From assembly GCA_044892525.1 (NCBI GenBank), contig CM097886.1:32178001-32242000 (forward strand): 64,000 nucleotides of DNA, in the 5' to 3' direction. Each line of letters starts with the position of its first letter. The first letter of the stretch is position 1. Made by a program: the position numbers and the translations under genes. Below, piece after piece: positions 42,144 to 55,325 of the stretch. A model generated the notes under the pieces. That model ran no database searches. It saw nothing but the letters and a program-made list of their open reading frames with translations, and was not told the DNA's origin. This DNA is from Schmidtea polychroa (taxonomy: Eukaryota).

Positions 42144-42225
42144 TATTGTGAAGTGTTTTCAGCTGAGAATTAAATATTTCAATGATTTATCAAAATAATT
42201 TTAAATTGTAAATAATTGACTATTA

Positions 42226-45200
42226 AACAGCGATGCTAACTCCCAAATTATTAATTATTATTATAAAAGTAAAATATCATGTATTATAGAAAAAGATGTG
42301 AAAGATACAGAGGTAACGGAAGAGGAAAATAATGTAATAAGGAAAGTAAACAGATTCATAAAAAAGGATTTTGCAGAAAGAGAAAGAGACAAAATACAAA
42401 TACTCACATTAGATGAATGGAAAAATGATATTATTAGTTATGATAAAATGCAAGGCCGGCCAAGTGTAACTATTAGAATACAAGATCAGAATATGGAATG
42501 CTTGCTCGATACAGGAGCTACAGTAAATGTCATGAGTTGGAGCAAATTTGAGAAACTTAAAGATGTAGAACTAACAACAGCGACTGATTCATTTAGATGT
42601 GCAAATAATAATGTTTTAGAAACGAAAGGTAAAGCAATATTAGAAATAGGAATAAATTGTAGGAAAAGAAGGGTAAAGTTTACGATAGTTAGATATATGA
42701 CTCCAGAGGTAATTGGTGGTCTAGAGTTGCAAAAACAATTTGGTATACAACTAAAATGGCCAGTAGAAGAGGTCGAGAAAACGAAGCAAGAGTATATATG
42801 CAGTATCGAAGCCAAATTTGAAAAGACAATAACGGAGATGGAACGATTTCAAAGAGCAAAGAATACTTTGTAAATAACGCGAACTACTGAACATTGTAAA
42901 AAAGAATCAAAATGTTTTTATGGCTGATAAATGGGACATTGGCTGCACAAAGCTGTTGAAGCATAAAAAGAAACTCAAGGAAAACAAGTTAAATATTAAA
43001 CCTTGGAGACAACCAGTCAACTTGGAAGGTAAAATAGATGAAGCGATAATAAACTTATGGGAAAACAATATTATCAAAAAGTGTAATTCGCCATGGAACA
43101 CTCCAATAATATGTGTCTGGAAGAAAGAAAAGTAAGATATCAGATTATGCCTTGATTTCAGGCAATTAAACCTAGTAATAGGGAGTCAGGCGTTCCTTAT
43201 GGCGAATATAGCAGAGATGTTAGATAAATTTGGTGAAGCAAAGTATTTCAGTTCGATAGATCTTGGAAATGCATGTTATCAAGTAGAACTAGAAGACGAA
43301 TCGAAGTTAAAAACGGCGTTTTCAACCAAATCAGGTCAATACTGTTTTAACAGAATGCCATTTGGAATAGCAGCGGCACCAGGTACATTTCAGGAACTGA
43401 TGGGAAAAGTATTAATGGGTACGAGATATGCAGTATACCTAGACGATATGTTGATATTTACAGAAACAATCAATCATCACTAAGAAGTTTTAAATGAAGT
43501 GCTGGATAAAATTGAAAGGGTTGGCCTTAGGATAAACCCTGAAAAGCGCCATATCCTTAAGGGGGAAGTCAAAGTTTTATGTCACATAATCAACAAAGAT
43601 GGAATACAGACGAACCCGTCAAAGCTAGACGCGATTAAATCATTTGAAAAACCAAAATTTGTTAAGAAGCTGAGAAGCTTCCTAGGAATATACAATTACT
43701 ACAGAAGATTTATAAAGGAATACGTAAAAAAGCCAAGAGTTTTAGAAGAGCTATGTGGATTAAATAACAAAAAATTAATTTGGACTGACGGATGCAACAT
43801 CGCATTCGAAAATATGAAAAATGCTTTAATGTCCTAACCTATTCTAGGGTTTCCAGATTTCGAAAGAGAATCCATTCTAGATACTGGATGCGAGTTTTGA
43901 CCCGATTGGAGCAGTATTATCACAGAAAGACGACAACTGTTGCGAAAAGGTTATAGTATACGGTTCTCATGCAATGAGCAATCGTGAAAAGGGATATTGC
44001 ATAACAAGGAAAGAGTTGCTGGCAATCTATTATTTTTGTCAACACTTCAATCATTATTTATATGGAAAACGGTTCATTTTGAGAACGGACCATAAAGCTA
44101 TCACATTTATGTTATCCACAAAGAAACCAATAAAAACGCAATTTCGGACATGGATTAACTACCTCAGTAGTCTGGATATTAAAATAGAGTATAGAAAAGG
44201 TACTGATCATGCAAATGCAGATATGTTGTCAAGGAGTACATGTGGAACATGCACACAATGTTCATTGGCACACGAAGATGTGAAAGTGGAAAGAATGGAA
44301 ACCCGAAGAATAAACACGATGGAAAACGTTGAAGATTATAAGTGGCAAAAAGATAATACAGAAATAGAACAAATAAAAAAGGAAAAAGCACAGGGTTCAA
44401 GTTGAAAATTTTTACTGGTAGACAACGTGGTTAAAACTATGGAGGGTAAGATATGGATACCTAGAGAAAAAAGACAAGAAATGATAAAGAGTATGCCTAT
44501 TTTGCTATCACACGCAGGAGCAGAAAAGGTGACAAAATATGTAGCGGACAATTACGATATTGGTGACATAAAAGGATCAGTAAAAGAAACGATTTGATCA
44601 TGCGAGGCATGTCAAAGAACGAAAGTTGTGACAACAAAGATGAAGGAAGAGACAATAAAACTGACAGCAGAGGAGCCGTGGCCCATTACAGGAAACATTC
44701 AGAAAGAAAAGATATATAGTCGCAATGATTGATCAATTCAGCAGATATATCTCTCTGACTGTTGTCGCTAAACAGGATGATGAAACGTTGAAGGAAACAA
44801 TACTACAAAAATGGATTCTTAGATTTGGAGCACCAAAGGAAATTCACACAGATTGTGGAAAAGTATTTGAATTTAAGACTATGAAAGATTTTACAAAATC
44901 AATGGCAATTACTCTATGCTTTTCAAGTCCATACCACCATAATACAAATGGTGTAATAGAACGTCAATTCAGGACAATAAGAGACTATTTAGATGCATCA
45001 TTAAAAGAAAGAAGTAGAACAGATTGGGCAGAGATCATACCAGAGATTGAATTTACCATGAATGCAACATTTCAGAAATCAATTGGGCGAAGCCCCGCAG
45101 AAGTAATATTTGGAAGAAAAATAGCTCGAGAACAATTTCATAGTAAAGCGCCTATTTCACAAAAAGAAGACACCCGAGAAACAACGCAAACAAAAAGATC

Positions 45201-45230
45201 ATTCAATATTGGAGACGAGCTTCTAATAAT
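42226..45230 (+). mobile_element. Second decayed Ty3/gypsy pol (PR-RT-RH-IN), no LTR seen
   Basis: LLDTGATVNV; CNSPWNTP; YFSSIDL...FNRMPFG...YLDD; ELLAI...LRTDHKA; IHTDCG...SPYHHNTNGVIER. Many stops and frameshifts. Confidence 0.95.
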
Positions 45231-46087
45231 CAACTTTTTGTTAACAACAAAAAATTTATTTTTTAAATCAAAATTAAAATTTTTTTAGAAGACATTACAT
45301 GAAAAATGATTTTTAAGTTTAATTGTAAGGAATAATAATTTCAATTGATAAGAAAATTAATAAAATTAAAAGCAATGTGAGAATTATAAATCAAATTACG
45401 CAAAACAATAATATATAAGTATAACCGTGTGACAAATATAATAAAACCCGCAGTACTGGGATATCTAGATAATTTCTGATAAAGAAATACAATTATAAAT
45501 ATGCCTGTATTTCAGTATTAAAAAAGAAAAAAAAGAGGCCATAAAGAACAAAAAATCTGTTTTTTTGTAATTCATATGAAATAGGTTACACATTCTGCAT
45601 GCTGATGTCAAAATAAATTTTAGATGATTTTCTTGTTTTAATTAATTGTTTGAATAATAATTCCGATAATTCTTGTTTCTCTTGTAACTGCTGAACAATT
45701 ATTTTAACTTTACGGATATTACTTTCACAATATTTTTAGGCAATTTTAATAAATTTAGTACTAATTAAAATGAAGGGTTAAAAACAGTTGTCTATTTGGA
45801 AGATATTGTAATATTTTTCAAAACATTCGAGATTCAATACAAAGAATTAAAAAAACATTTCAGAAAATAAAAAATTAACCCAAATAAATGTAATTTTATT
45901 AAACATGAATATAAATTCTTAAGGTGTATTTATAATAAAGATGGAATGCAAACGAATAAAAATAAATTATAAATTATAAATTATCGAAAATATTTTAAGA
46001 TCGAAATGAATGAAAATGTTAAAAACTTTTTAAAACTAACGTTTTATTATCGAAAGCTTATCAAAAATTATACATAATATGCTAGAA

Positions 46088-46323
46088 CAGAAGTTCTTAA
46101 TTGGTGGTCCGTGAACATGTTGCAAGTTCTCCGTCAAAAATTAAACATTGGCTTTTTTATAATGAATTTTTCTTATTTTATGTTTTTTTTGTAACCATAT
46201 GAAAAAAATCAAAATTCATACAAATTTCATTCTAAAATCGGATTTTTTTATGGTTTTGGTGTTCCTCAAATTTTTCTTTTAATCAAAAGTGCTTTGTAAC
46301 TTCAAAACGGTTAAGAACCACTG
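46088..46323. mobile_element. Charlie-like hAT MITE
   Basis: cagaagttcttaa / ttaagaaccactg termini, with CTAGA-type target sequence on both sides. Confidence 0.7.
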
Positions 46324-46331
46324 TTCTAGAG

Positions 46332-46882
46332 CACGGATGGGGAACCTGAGGCCTTTAGGCCACATGTGGCCTTCCGGAGCTTCATGTGCGGCCTCCGGAG
46401 CCTTATCGAAATAAATCTTAATTTATATAAAAAACCTTGAATTTTGAGGATTTACAAATAAAAATAATTGTAACTACTGAATATATACTGAATAATATAC
46501 TGAATATATATATATATATCGTACTGTACAAGCATCCCGTCGAGTACACAGAACGAAATATAAAAGTCAATCATTCACACCCAAAAATACAAAACTTATG
46601 TAGAAGAATAAATAAGATTATTGAGCAACCGTTTGTGAAATGATGACTTATTTGCATCAATTTTTCGATTCAAAAATAATAAAAATTTTCCAGAATATTT
46701 CGTACAGCTGCATTTTTCAAATCTGGAGACTGATTTTAAACATTGTTTTAATTACTAACTGTATACAAACAAAAAATTTAAAATGAAATTAATTAATGTT
46801 AAAATACTTTTTGACTGTGGCCTTATTTGGAGGCGACAAATGTCAATGTGGCCTATGGAAATAAAAAGGTTCCCTACCCCTG
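46332..46882. mobile_element. Charlie/Buster-like hAT MITE
   Basis: Perfect 8-bp TSD TTCTAGAG. Termini cacggatggggaacc / ggttccctacccctg. Confidence 0.9.
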
Positions 46883-47947
46883 TTCTAGAGTATCGGATAA
46901 ATTATTTGAATTAAATCAAAAAAAAATATATGATCTGAAGCATGTGAAGCTTTGTTTCGAGGTTTTAAAAAGTAATACAAGTATTTTACAAAATTATTTT
47001 AGAAACTTGTGTAAGCTTCAAAAGAACTGGTGTAATGTGATTATGAAAGGAGTAATTGTTTTCGTTCACATGTTCTAAATAAACATGAATTAGTATATTC
47101 CATTTTTAGAAAGCTTAGATGAAGAACTAACTACGGGGCAATAACTTTCACGTTGAAAACTAAAATTTCTATAACTCCTCAATTTGAAAATCGGATAAGC
47201 AAGCTAAACAGTTTGAATATCATATAGATAATATCATGAGAATGCAGATGCACTATCAAAAAATGAATGCCAGTTGTATGGAGTCCATACTATGGACAAT
47301 GTCAAAAGATGAATGAAGACTCAACAGTGGGAAAATTAATGCCACTACCACTACCACTACCACATATAGGAATATTATATAGATAATATCATGAGAATGC
47401 AGATGCATTATCAAAAAATGAATGCCAGTATGGACAATTGTCGTATGGACAATGTGAAAAGATGAATGAAGATTCAACAGTGGGAAAATTAAAAACAAAG
47501 ATTTTATTTATAATGTAGGAAATATATTTCATTTTGACAAAAGGATTCAAGAGAAATGTTGGATATTAGATTAAATAAATAACATTGAAAATATATGAGG
47601 TGGAATCGTAAGAATGTTTGTAATAGTGAAAGGTAAAATGTAAATACAATTTGGCAGATAATTTTTAATCATCGTCAAAACTCACAAACTGTTATTCCAC
47701 GCAGGTTTAACCAGGTAAATGGATATTTCTACGGGAAATATACCGGCTGAGAAAATAGAACTCATTTTAATAAATGTATAAAATGTGAAAACACGCGATA
47801 AAGTAAAATAAGAACGGCTTGCTCTACTACTGTCACTTTGAATTTATCAAGTTTGGCACCCAAATTATCAGCTTAATTTAAAATTGATTTAATTTATAGA
47901 AACATTTCTTTTTAAATTTAAAGAAAATTTAAATTTTATCTTATCAG

Positions 47948-48034
47948 GACTGGGATTTCGGGTGCCAATCAAAGCAATTCAGACGGATAGATCAATTTCT
48001 CAGTTGTCCTATGTCCAATTATATTTTGAAAGTA
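47948..48034 (+). CDS. Dystroglycan-like exon, N-terminal part of second CADG/Ig domain
   Basis: ttatcag acceptor in phase 1 gives ICG-LGFRVPIKAIQTDRSISQLSYVQLYFE and joins exon 50591 in frame. The donor is ambiguous: GTAGTA after 48031 or GTATAC after 48034. Confidence 0.6.
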
Positions 48035-49029
48035 GTATACGTTTTATTTACAATTTTAAATTTTATTTTTATTTGATTATTGTTTTTATTCTTTGTCTGG
48101 GAAGCCCTTTTATTTTTTATGGTATTTTAATATTTATTATTTGTTATAAAATACGCAAACTTTAACAAATTTTCTTTGATCCCATCTCAACTTGAGTATC
48201 TGTTAATAAATTCCTCAAATATATTAAAATTTATTGATACAGAATTACAATTATTGTACAACTTAAATGAACCAAGTATATCGAAGCCTATCAAACCTTG
48301 TAAAAGACATGATTTAGCTGTTTGGAAAAATAAATTAACATCGTGATTTAGCTGTTTGGTTATCCAAATTATGAATGCGTTGGAATGGATTACTAATAAT
48401 AATTTTAATTCTTTGCATATCCAAACATATTTTGTCTATCGATTTTCAGTGCTTGTGTATCATACACCTAATTCCGAAATAAAAAAGTTTCTATAATCTT
48501 AAAAAATCGATAAAGTTAAACACACAAACTTTCCAGTGTGTAAAAATTTAATGTTTCAAAACTTAAACATTTTTATATAGAAATTGAGAAAGTGATAGAA
48601 AAATAATTTTACATACAAACACAGCACACATAATAAAAAATACATGCAAATTTTTAAGAGGCTTTTTCATTTTGAAATTTAAAAGTGATTAACATATTGT
48701 TAACATATTAATATTTTCAAATTATTACAAAAACATCGTGAACAATTTTTTTGATAAAATTTTTTGAAGAGAAAATGACGAAAAAACTTTGTAAGATTTA
48801 TAAGATTGTTTATAGATTTAATATTTCTTTAGAATTTCAAATATTATAATCAGTATACTTATAATGAAAACAAATATCTCATTGTTTGGTTTAGGAAATA
48901 TTTTCGCTATAATAGCTATAAATGACAATTGGATATTCAAAATAAATTTAAAATATTCAACCATGTTCTTCACCTCTTGATTTCGAGGAAGAAAATCGAA
49001 AATCATAAATTTTAACTTAATTTCATTAA

Positions 49030-49560
49030 CTTAACCTCCATCCGTTCATCAAATCGACTACATTAAAGTCTCTCGGGTCTTTTTCGACCCAGGTAGAAAT
49101 TTTTGACTTAAAAGAAACAAAATGCAAATAATTAAATTAATTTTATTAGTAACGGTAATGTTGAATGTTTAGGAATAATAAAGAGCGATTTATGTGTTAA
49201 TTATTTATTTATTACATACATTATAGGAATGTGCCTTACAAATAAATCTTTTACAATATTTACATATAATGCATGTTTATTGTCCGATTTTTGGCAGATG
49301 TGAAATCTACCTCTTTTGGTCACGTATCCTTGTTGTTGGTACTTCTAAAGGAGATTTAGTTGTGCATTTTTGTTCTAATATAAATTATTGCCAATTATCC
49401 ACTCATGGCAAATGTCTTCTCATGTGTTCTTTAATGTTCTTCACCTACGGTTTCAATGAAAATTCGCATTCGATAATTTTTTTATATTCCAACCTGTAAA
49501 TAAAACAAATGCATTTGATATAGTTATATCTAATATATTGGCAAAAACAGCCAATCTAGG
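49030..49560 (-). mobile_element. piggyBac C-terminal remnant
   Basis: The minus strand encodes TCIICKYCKRFICKAH (Cys-rich tail). A subterminal cgggtc...gaccc palindrome lies near 49075. Confidence 0.6.
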
Positions 49561-50590
49561 TAACATATTTTTTTATTCTTTTCCAAAATTAGTTTATTAT
49601 CTCAACAAAATCAATGTCACGAAATTACAGATATGTAGTATTAATATTTTAAGATATATTTGCAAAACAAAATCGCTTCGTTTGGAAAAAGGCATGGCGT
49701 ACGGATGAAGAGTAATTTTAAAAAATAATATGTTAATAGAATCAGAACATGAAAAAATTCGATTAATTGATGCATTCGAAAACGGCGAAGATTACTATGA
49801 ATTTGAAAGATTGGTGAGAATGTATTAAAAAATTAATGTGTTTGGCAATTACTTTAAGAAATAATTCAAAAATTGATCTGACTTACCTTATATCAAAATA
49901 ATTCCAAATAATTCTAAATTAAATTGCATAAAATTCCTAAAAAAAACCTTTAAATTAATTAAAAATAATTTATAATATAAATGTTGACTAAAAGTAATAT
50001 TTAAGAACTTGAATAATGATCTCATAATTATATAAAATCAAAATCCAAGCCTTAAAATTTACCTAAAATTAAAAATCTTACATGAAAGCCATTTCTAAAA
50101 TTGAATAAATGAAGTTCTCATAAATGGTGAGTCACTTAAAACTTTATTATAGAAACTTTTATATTTCGGAATTAGGTGTATGTGCTAAACGGGACAAGCA
50201 AAGGTTTAATGATGAAGGATTTTTTAAGGCCATGTATTAGTATCTATAAATGATTGATACATTAAAAAACTACTCACAGATATTTGTGGTGGTATACTGA
50301 AAACTATTTATGGTGGAATAGGGTAACTGAATGTTACTGGAATACATTACTTAATTAAAAGTGAAACAGGCCAGTTTATTTAAAAAATTAATTCATTTCT
50401 TTGCATAATTATTTGTACCAAACATTTTAAAAATCTGATGAATNNNNNNNNNNNNNNNNNNNNNNNNNNNNNNNNNNNNNNNNNNNNNNNNNNNNNNNNN
50501 NNNNNNNNNNNNNNNNNNNNNNNNNNNNNNNNNNNNNNNNNNNNNNNNNNNNNNNNNNNNNNNNNNNNNNNNNNNNNNNNNNNNNNNNAG

Positions 50591-50696
50591 ATAATTTTGC
50601 GGTGCCAAAAACGCATTGGTTGACAGCTTCTGCAAGTAATCAATTTTTGTATGGGTTGCCAATGCTCCTACATATAACAAGCGGTCAAAAATATAT
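50591..50696 (+). CDS. Dystroglycan-like exon, CADG core
   Basis: NFAVPKTHWLTASASNQFLYGLP matches DAG1 'SWVQFNSNSQLMYGLP'. GTAAGA donor, then a 43-nt intron. The acceptor sits at the edge of an N gap. Confidence 0.85.
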
Positions 50697-50739
50697 GTAA
50701 GAGTAAATTCCAAGTAGTTCAGAAATAATTATTTTACAG

Positions 50740-51043
50740 ATTGTACATTTTCCCACAAAATGGTGTCAAAATACTAAGCCATTTTCTTGTTACTGTTTTA
50801 CCCAATCCTTTTCAAGGTTCAAAATTGAATCATAAAGTAACAATGCAGCTGGAATTCATCAGCATCGCTCCTCTGGGAGACAATATGATCACTGGTTTAG
50901 ATTTGCGTTGGAAAGTGGCCTCAGCATTAGAGACATATATAAGACCACAGTGTACGATTTCTACGACGGCTGTTGATATTCAAGAGTGTGCACTCAGATT
51001 TGATGTTATTCTTTTCACCATAGATAGAGTTTTCAATTCTCAA
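50740..51043 (+). CDS. Dystroglycan-like exon, first half of SEA-like module 2
   Basis: ttttacag acceptor. LYIFP...SHFLVTVLPNP...LNHKVTMQL...DLRWKVASAL. GTGAAT donor in phase 0, then a 54-nt intron. Confidence 0.8.
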
Positions 51044-51097
51044 GTGAATTACTGATTTTGTATATTCCATTTTATATATTCACTAACTGTTAAATAG

Positions 51098-51368
51098 GTT
51101 TTGTTTGAAATCACTTGGTCCTTAAGGTCACTATTGCAGCAAACATCCTACAAAAAGAAAAGAGAAATTTATTCAAATTCTAACAATCGACAATATGAAT
51201 GTCCTAGAGAAAAATTGCTGAAATTGAAATCCATGTTATTTTCAGAAAAAGACAATCGTCTTGAACCTCTGCCGAAACTTAAAATGCATTTAAAAACATA
51301 TGCTGGGGTTAATTTGAAGTCAGCCCAACTAAAACAGCTCGGACCCTGTGTCAACATAAACAATAATG
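51098..51368 (+). CDS. Dystroglycan-like exon, second half of SEA-like module 2
   Basis: VLFEITWS...YECPREKLLKLKSML...LGPC parallels DAG1 'IVVEWT...PCPKEQIAGL...GSC'. GTATTT donor in phase 1. Confidence 0.85.
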
Positions 51369-51594
51369 GTATTTGTTTATTAACTAATAATGTTATTATA
51401 ACTTTTTTATTAAATTCTTTAACCTCTTGTAGTTTCATTTATTTATAAAAAGAATGAATCTGAATTGATATTTAGATTTCACATGAAAACAAATCTTTAT
51501 AACTAACCTTCATTATCAAAAATAAAATACACTAGTAGAACTTCAGTGCCCGTACTTAAGTAATGTAAAAATAAATACCCTAAGGCCTTAAGAA

Positions 51595-51853
51595 AGTGAC
51601 AACGCAGCCAACATCAGCTGCAAGTCTATTGGTCGCCCTTCAAGAGGAATGGGAAGCAATTTCCAAATAAAACTATCAATAAACTTATATATTCAATGCC
51701 ATAATGTGAAACTGCTCTTTTAATGCTAAGGGAAAATCTACCAGATATTAAAGAGCCAAATATAATCATTTTTCATGGATGACTTGAGTTTTTTCATGGG
51801 TGTTAATAATCATAAATTTCCTCGGGTGTCCATTTACTTATGCCAATGCACTG
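51595..51853 (+). mobile_element. Tc1 3' fragment
   Basis: LLVALQEEWEAI...INKLIYSMP...AKGKSTRY*, then a TIR ending ...ccaatgcactg followed by TA. Confidence 0.85.
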
Positions 51854-52329
51854 TATAACACAGTTGTGAATTCGAGGGTTCCTATTATCTTATTCATTAA
51901 AAACTTATTTTTAATAAACTTTGATCTTCAAAACCCAAGTAATTGAAAAATTTTAAATCTTCTCATAGAATCTGATTTTTCCGATTTGATTGATGAATAA
52001 AATCATTAGTTTGAAATTCTTTATCTTCTAATGCGCATGATAGTGCAGTATTCATTGTTCTTTATTTTATAAATAATGAATAAAAATGACCTACCTTAGG
52101 ATGTTGTTTTATTAAACAATTTATTTATTAATATTTATTAAAAAGTTGACTATGATTCAATAGTAAATTTTTTAATAAATACAATGTCAATTAAAAAGAA
52201 GTCAGGGGTGAAAATTAAAAAAGTTCTTATCATATTGTATTGCTTCATTTTGAATGAAAGTACGTAAAAAGGGATACCATCTAAATATCCGCACGGCTAC
52301 GAAGACGGGCATCGATACGGATATATTAT

Positions 52330-52570
52330 TTTTATGCCATTTTAACTCATTGATACAACAATCTCGCTTATCGTGGCTAAGAAGCAATCTTTTAAATCTG
52401 AAAATCTTTCTTGTTTCTTGACGTAAACTATACTTTTCAAATGGTTCCAAAGTAAAAAATTCAACGGTGTCAAAAGTTCAACGCTCTTTTGTTCGTGCTG
52501 TGATCCTCAGTGTTATCTTACTGAAAATCAATATCAGAAATATTAAATTGAAGTCACAGAAAATCTTTAA
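52330..52570 (-). pseudogene. IS630/Tc1-family transposase fragment
   Basis: The minus strand gives FQ*DNTEDH and WNHLKSIVY in a frame other than the tracked ORF. Confidence 0.55.
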
Positions 52571-53986
52571 TCATTGTATTGCAACGTTCTGCATTTCCTG
52601 TAACAGCATTTTCACAATTATTAATTAGTCTATTATTAGGTGTTAGACTCAATTAAATTCAAAACTTCCTCCAACACTATTAATTACAATTTAAATTTCC
52701 TTCTATTTTATGAAAATTTAAACAACTTAGGCGTGATAATTATTAATATTGATGTAACTATTGATCACAAATATGATTAGTTTTAATATACAATTTAAAT
52801 ACAAATATTTATTTCTACTAGTTGATCACACTTATAACATTTAAACTATATTATTTTTAAATAGGAGTTTTGGAACTCCTTACATTACGCAATTCTTATT
52901 TTTGGCCATTCTGCAATTTACAGATTATTAATTATTTTAAATTAAGCAATGAAAAACATATAAATAATTCATTCATATTTCATATACACCAAAAATCCCC
53001 TGAGATACGCCTGCTATAATAAAGGGGAAAATCAATAAAGTTATAATATAGAAACATACCTACTCACCCTGGTGTTATTCTTTGCAAGTGCAATGAGATA
53101 CACTCTACAATATAGAAATTGAAAAAATCATAGAAAGATAAAATATTACATACAAACACAACACTTCAGAAAAAACACATCAGAAAAAAATAATTGCGAA
53201 AAAATTGAGTTTCTGTGAAAATGAGATATCATCGTATGATTTATTTTTAAGTTAAAAATAATTTAATATTTCCTTAGCATTTTGGAAATTTGCGAAGGTG
53301 AAAAGATGATATTGTAAGATTATTTATTACTTATAATAAATTTATTATTTCCATGCTGTCTCAGATATTGCTAGGCCTTCTAAATGTAATATTATTACAG
53401 AATTGTGGAAATTGACAATGAAAAATAGCGAAAAAAACATATTTATGGAAACATATTTATATTTTTGTTTAAATAAATAATTGATTTTAATTTAAATTGA
53501 AATATTTCCACAAATAAAATAAATAACTTTCTAAATATGTATAAAAATTAATAATAAAATTACTGAAATGGAATAATTTATGAGAACAAGTTGCTTTATT
53601 TAATTCGACAGTATCCGCTTTAGTGACACTATTGACATATTTTATTGGCTACCTTTGGCACAGTCAATCCCAACATCTCAAAACTCCAAATTAAAACAAG
53701 ATTATATTACACGTTTAATATTAATAATCCCAATAACAACAATAATGGCAAAAATAACAATGATTGCATGAACACTAATTACCCATAATTTACCTTAATC
53801 TTACCAATAATGATTGTGGTAATGCCACCACAAATATCTAAACTGATAAATTATCACTATAATTATTTTAAGTCGTTAGTGCCTTCTCCTGGATTGTGTA
53901 ATATGTTGGGTTGAACTGATGATGTAATTATTCAATAAATAAATATACATTCAGATAAGAAGTGTTAGAATAATAAATAATATTTA

Positions 53987-54202
53987 CCGTATTTTAGCGC
54001 ATATAACGCGCACGTTATACGCATTTTTACAAACCGTGCACCCCCCATGCGCGGTATCTGTGGGTGCGCGCTTTATGATTTATATTTTACACGTGGCGGC
54101 ATTGCCAGTGGAAATATTTTTATGATGTGACAGTAACCCTACCATCGGTTTTATTGTTTATTGTAATCAGATACCGTGCGCGTTATATGCGCTAAAATAC
54201 GG
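53987..54202. mobile_element. Tc1/mariner-type MITE
   Basis: Perfect 27-bp TIR CCGTATTTTAGCGCATATAACGCGCAC with TA TSD. Confidence 0.92.
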
Positions 54203-54897
54203 TACTTTTAATTGTAGTACCGTTTTTACAATGGAAAATCAAAATCCCATCAATAATGCCAACAATAATAGCAGTGAGCCCCAACAATTTTATTTGCCAA
54301 AGCAGCTTTCAAAAATATTCAAATTGGTCGTTGACTTGCATGATTGAAATAAATATTTTTTTACGTACAATTGACTTGTATGAAGAAGCCATTGACCAAA
54401 CCCAACTGTAAATTATTTATAAAAAATTTTATAATTATGTACTTTATTTTGTTTAAATTATTAAAAATATTAACTTATATGGCAGAGATGGCTCTTCAAA
54501 ATTTTTCATGTTGCTCCTTAGAGCCACAGAAAATTCATCGGTTTCACGTCAAAACATCTCTCTCAGCTAACAAATGAACACTTATCTAAACTTCTTCGGA
54601 TTGCATTAACAAATTATAAGCCAGATTTTAAGAAATTTACAGTCAAAATGCAAGCCTAAAAAAGAAACATTTGATATTTGAATAATAAATAAATTTTGAA
54701 ATGAATGATTGGTTAAAAGACATTTATGTAAAAATTAATTTTGTTGTCTTTTTATTTTTGCCAAGTTGTGGCTCTCCATAATTTAAGTTTATGGTTTTTG
54801 GATCTTATGGAAGAAAATGTTGACCACTCCTGTTATATAGTAACATCTCTACCTCTATAGTTTATTATGAAATTTTCCAGTAAAATAAAACAAAGAT

Positions 54898-55017
54898 CAG
54901 TGTTTCTCAATCCAAAACTCATCACAGGCCGCAAAGTATCTGCTTTTATTTACCCGAACTGGTGATAATATTATTTTTTATTTTAAAGAGCTGCGAACCG
55001 GCGGTTGAGAAACACTA
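54898..55017. mobile_element. Short Charlie-like MITE
   Basis: cagtgtttctcaa / ttgagaaacact termini. Confidence 0.7.
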
Positions 55018-55157
55018 TAATAATTGACTTAGAATTATAATTAGTAGTTTTTAGTGATAAACTTCCGTTTTAAAGATAAAATTATTTTTTACAATATGCA
55101 TTTCATTGTCCGAGGACTGTAGAAACAGCATAAAATATTAATTTCATTGTTTTTTTC

Positions 55158-55325
55158 AAAATAATAAAGTGATAATTTAAGCCTTTTGCTGCGAATAATG
55201 TATTTAATGAAAAAATTTTCGACTATAAGATAATCCTATCTTACAAGGACTATTTTATAGTCGAAAGTTTTTTCATTAAATACATTATTCGCAGCAAAAG
55301 GCTTAAATTATCACTTTATTGTTTT
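55158..55325. repeat. Foldback palindrome, family A (about 79-bp arms)
   Basis: The arms differ at about 4 positions around a ~10-nt spacer. Related arms occur near 10495-10630, 24340-24371, 34795-34890 and 36755-36800. Confidence 0.9.

Larger units (their letters stand above)
45700..47800 (+). mobile_element. Decayed gypsy pol (RT/RH/linker) split by two hAT MITEs, with a ~150-bp tandem duplication at 47224-47490
   Basis: VYLEDIVIF near 45790. HENADALSKNEC..GQC appears twice (47230 and 47390). Confidence 0.7.
530..50588. other. Nine assembly gaps (approx. 530-696, 10663-10859, 12621-13224, 24372-24557, 29666-29844, 32750-32914, 34894-35051, 36626-36754, 50444-50588)
   Basis: Runs of N in the sequence. 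Confidence 1.

Noticed and set aside
504-50713. ORF-track entries consisting largely of X residues
   Set aside because: They stay open only because they cross N gaps.
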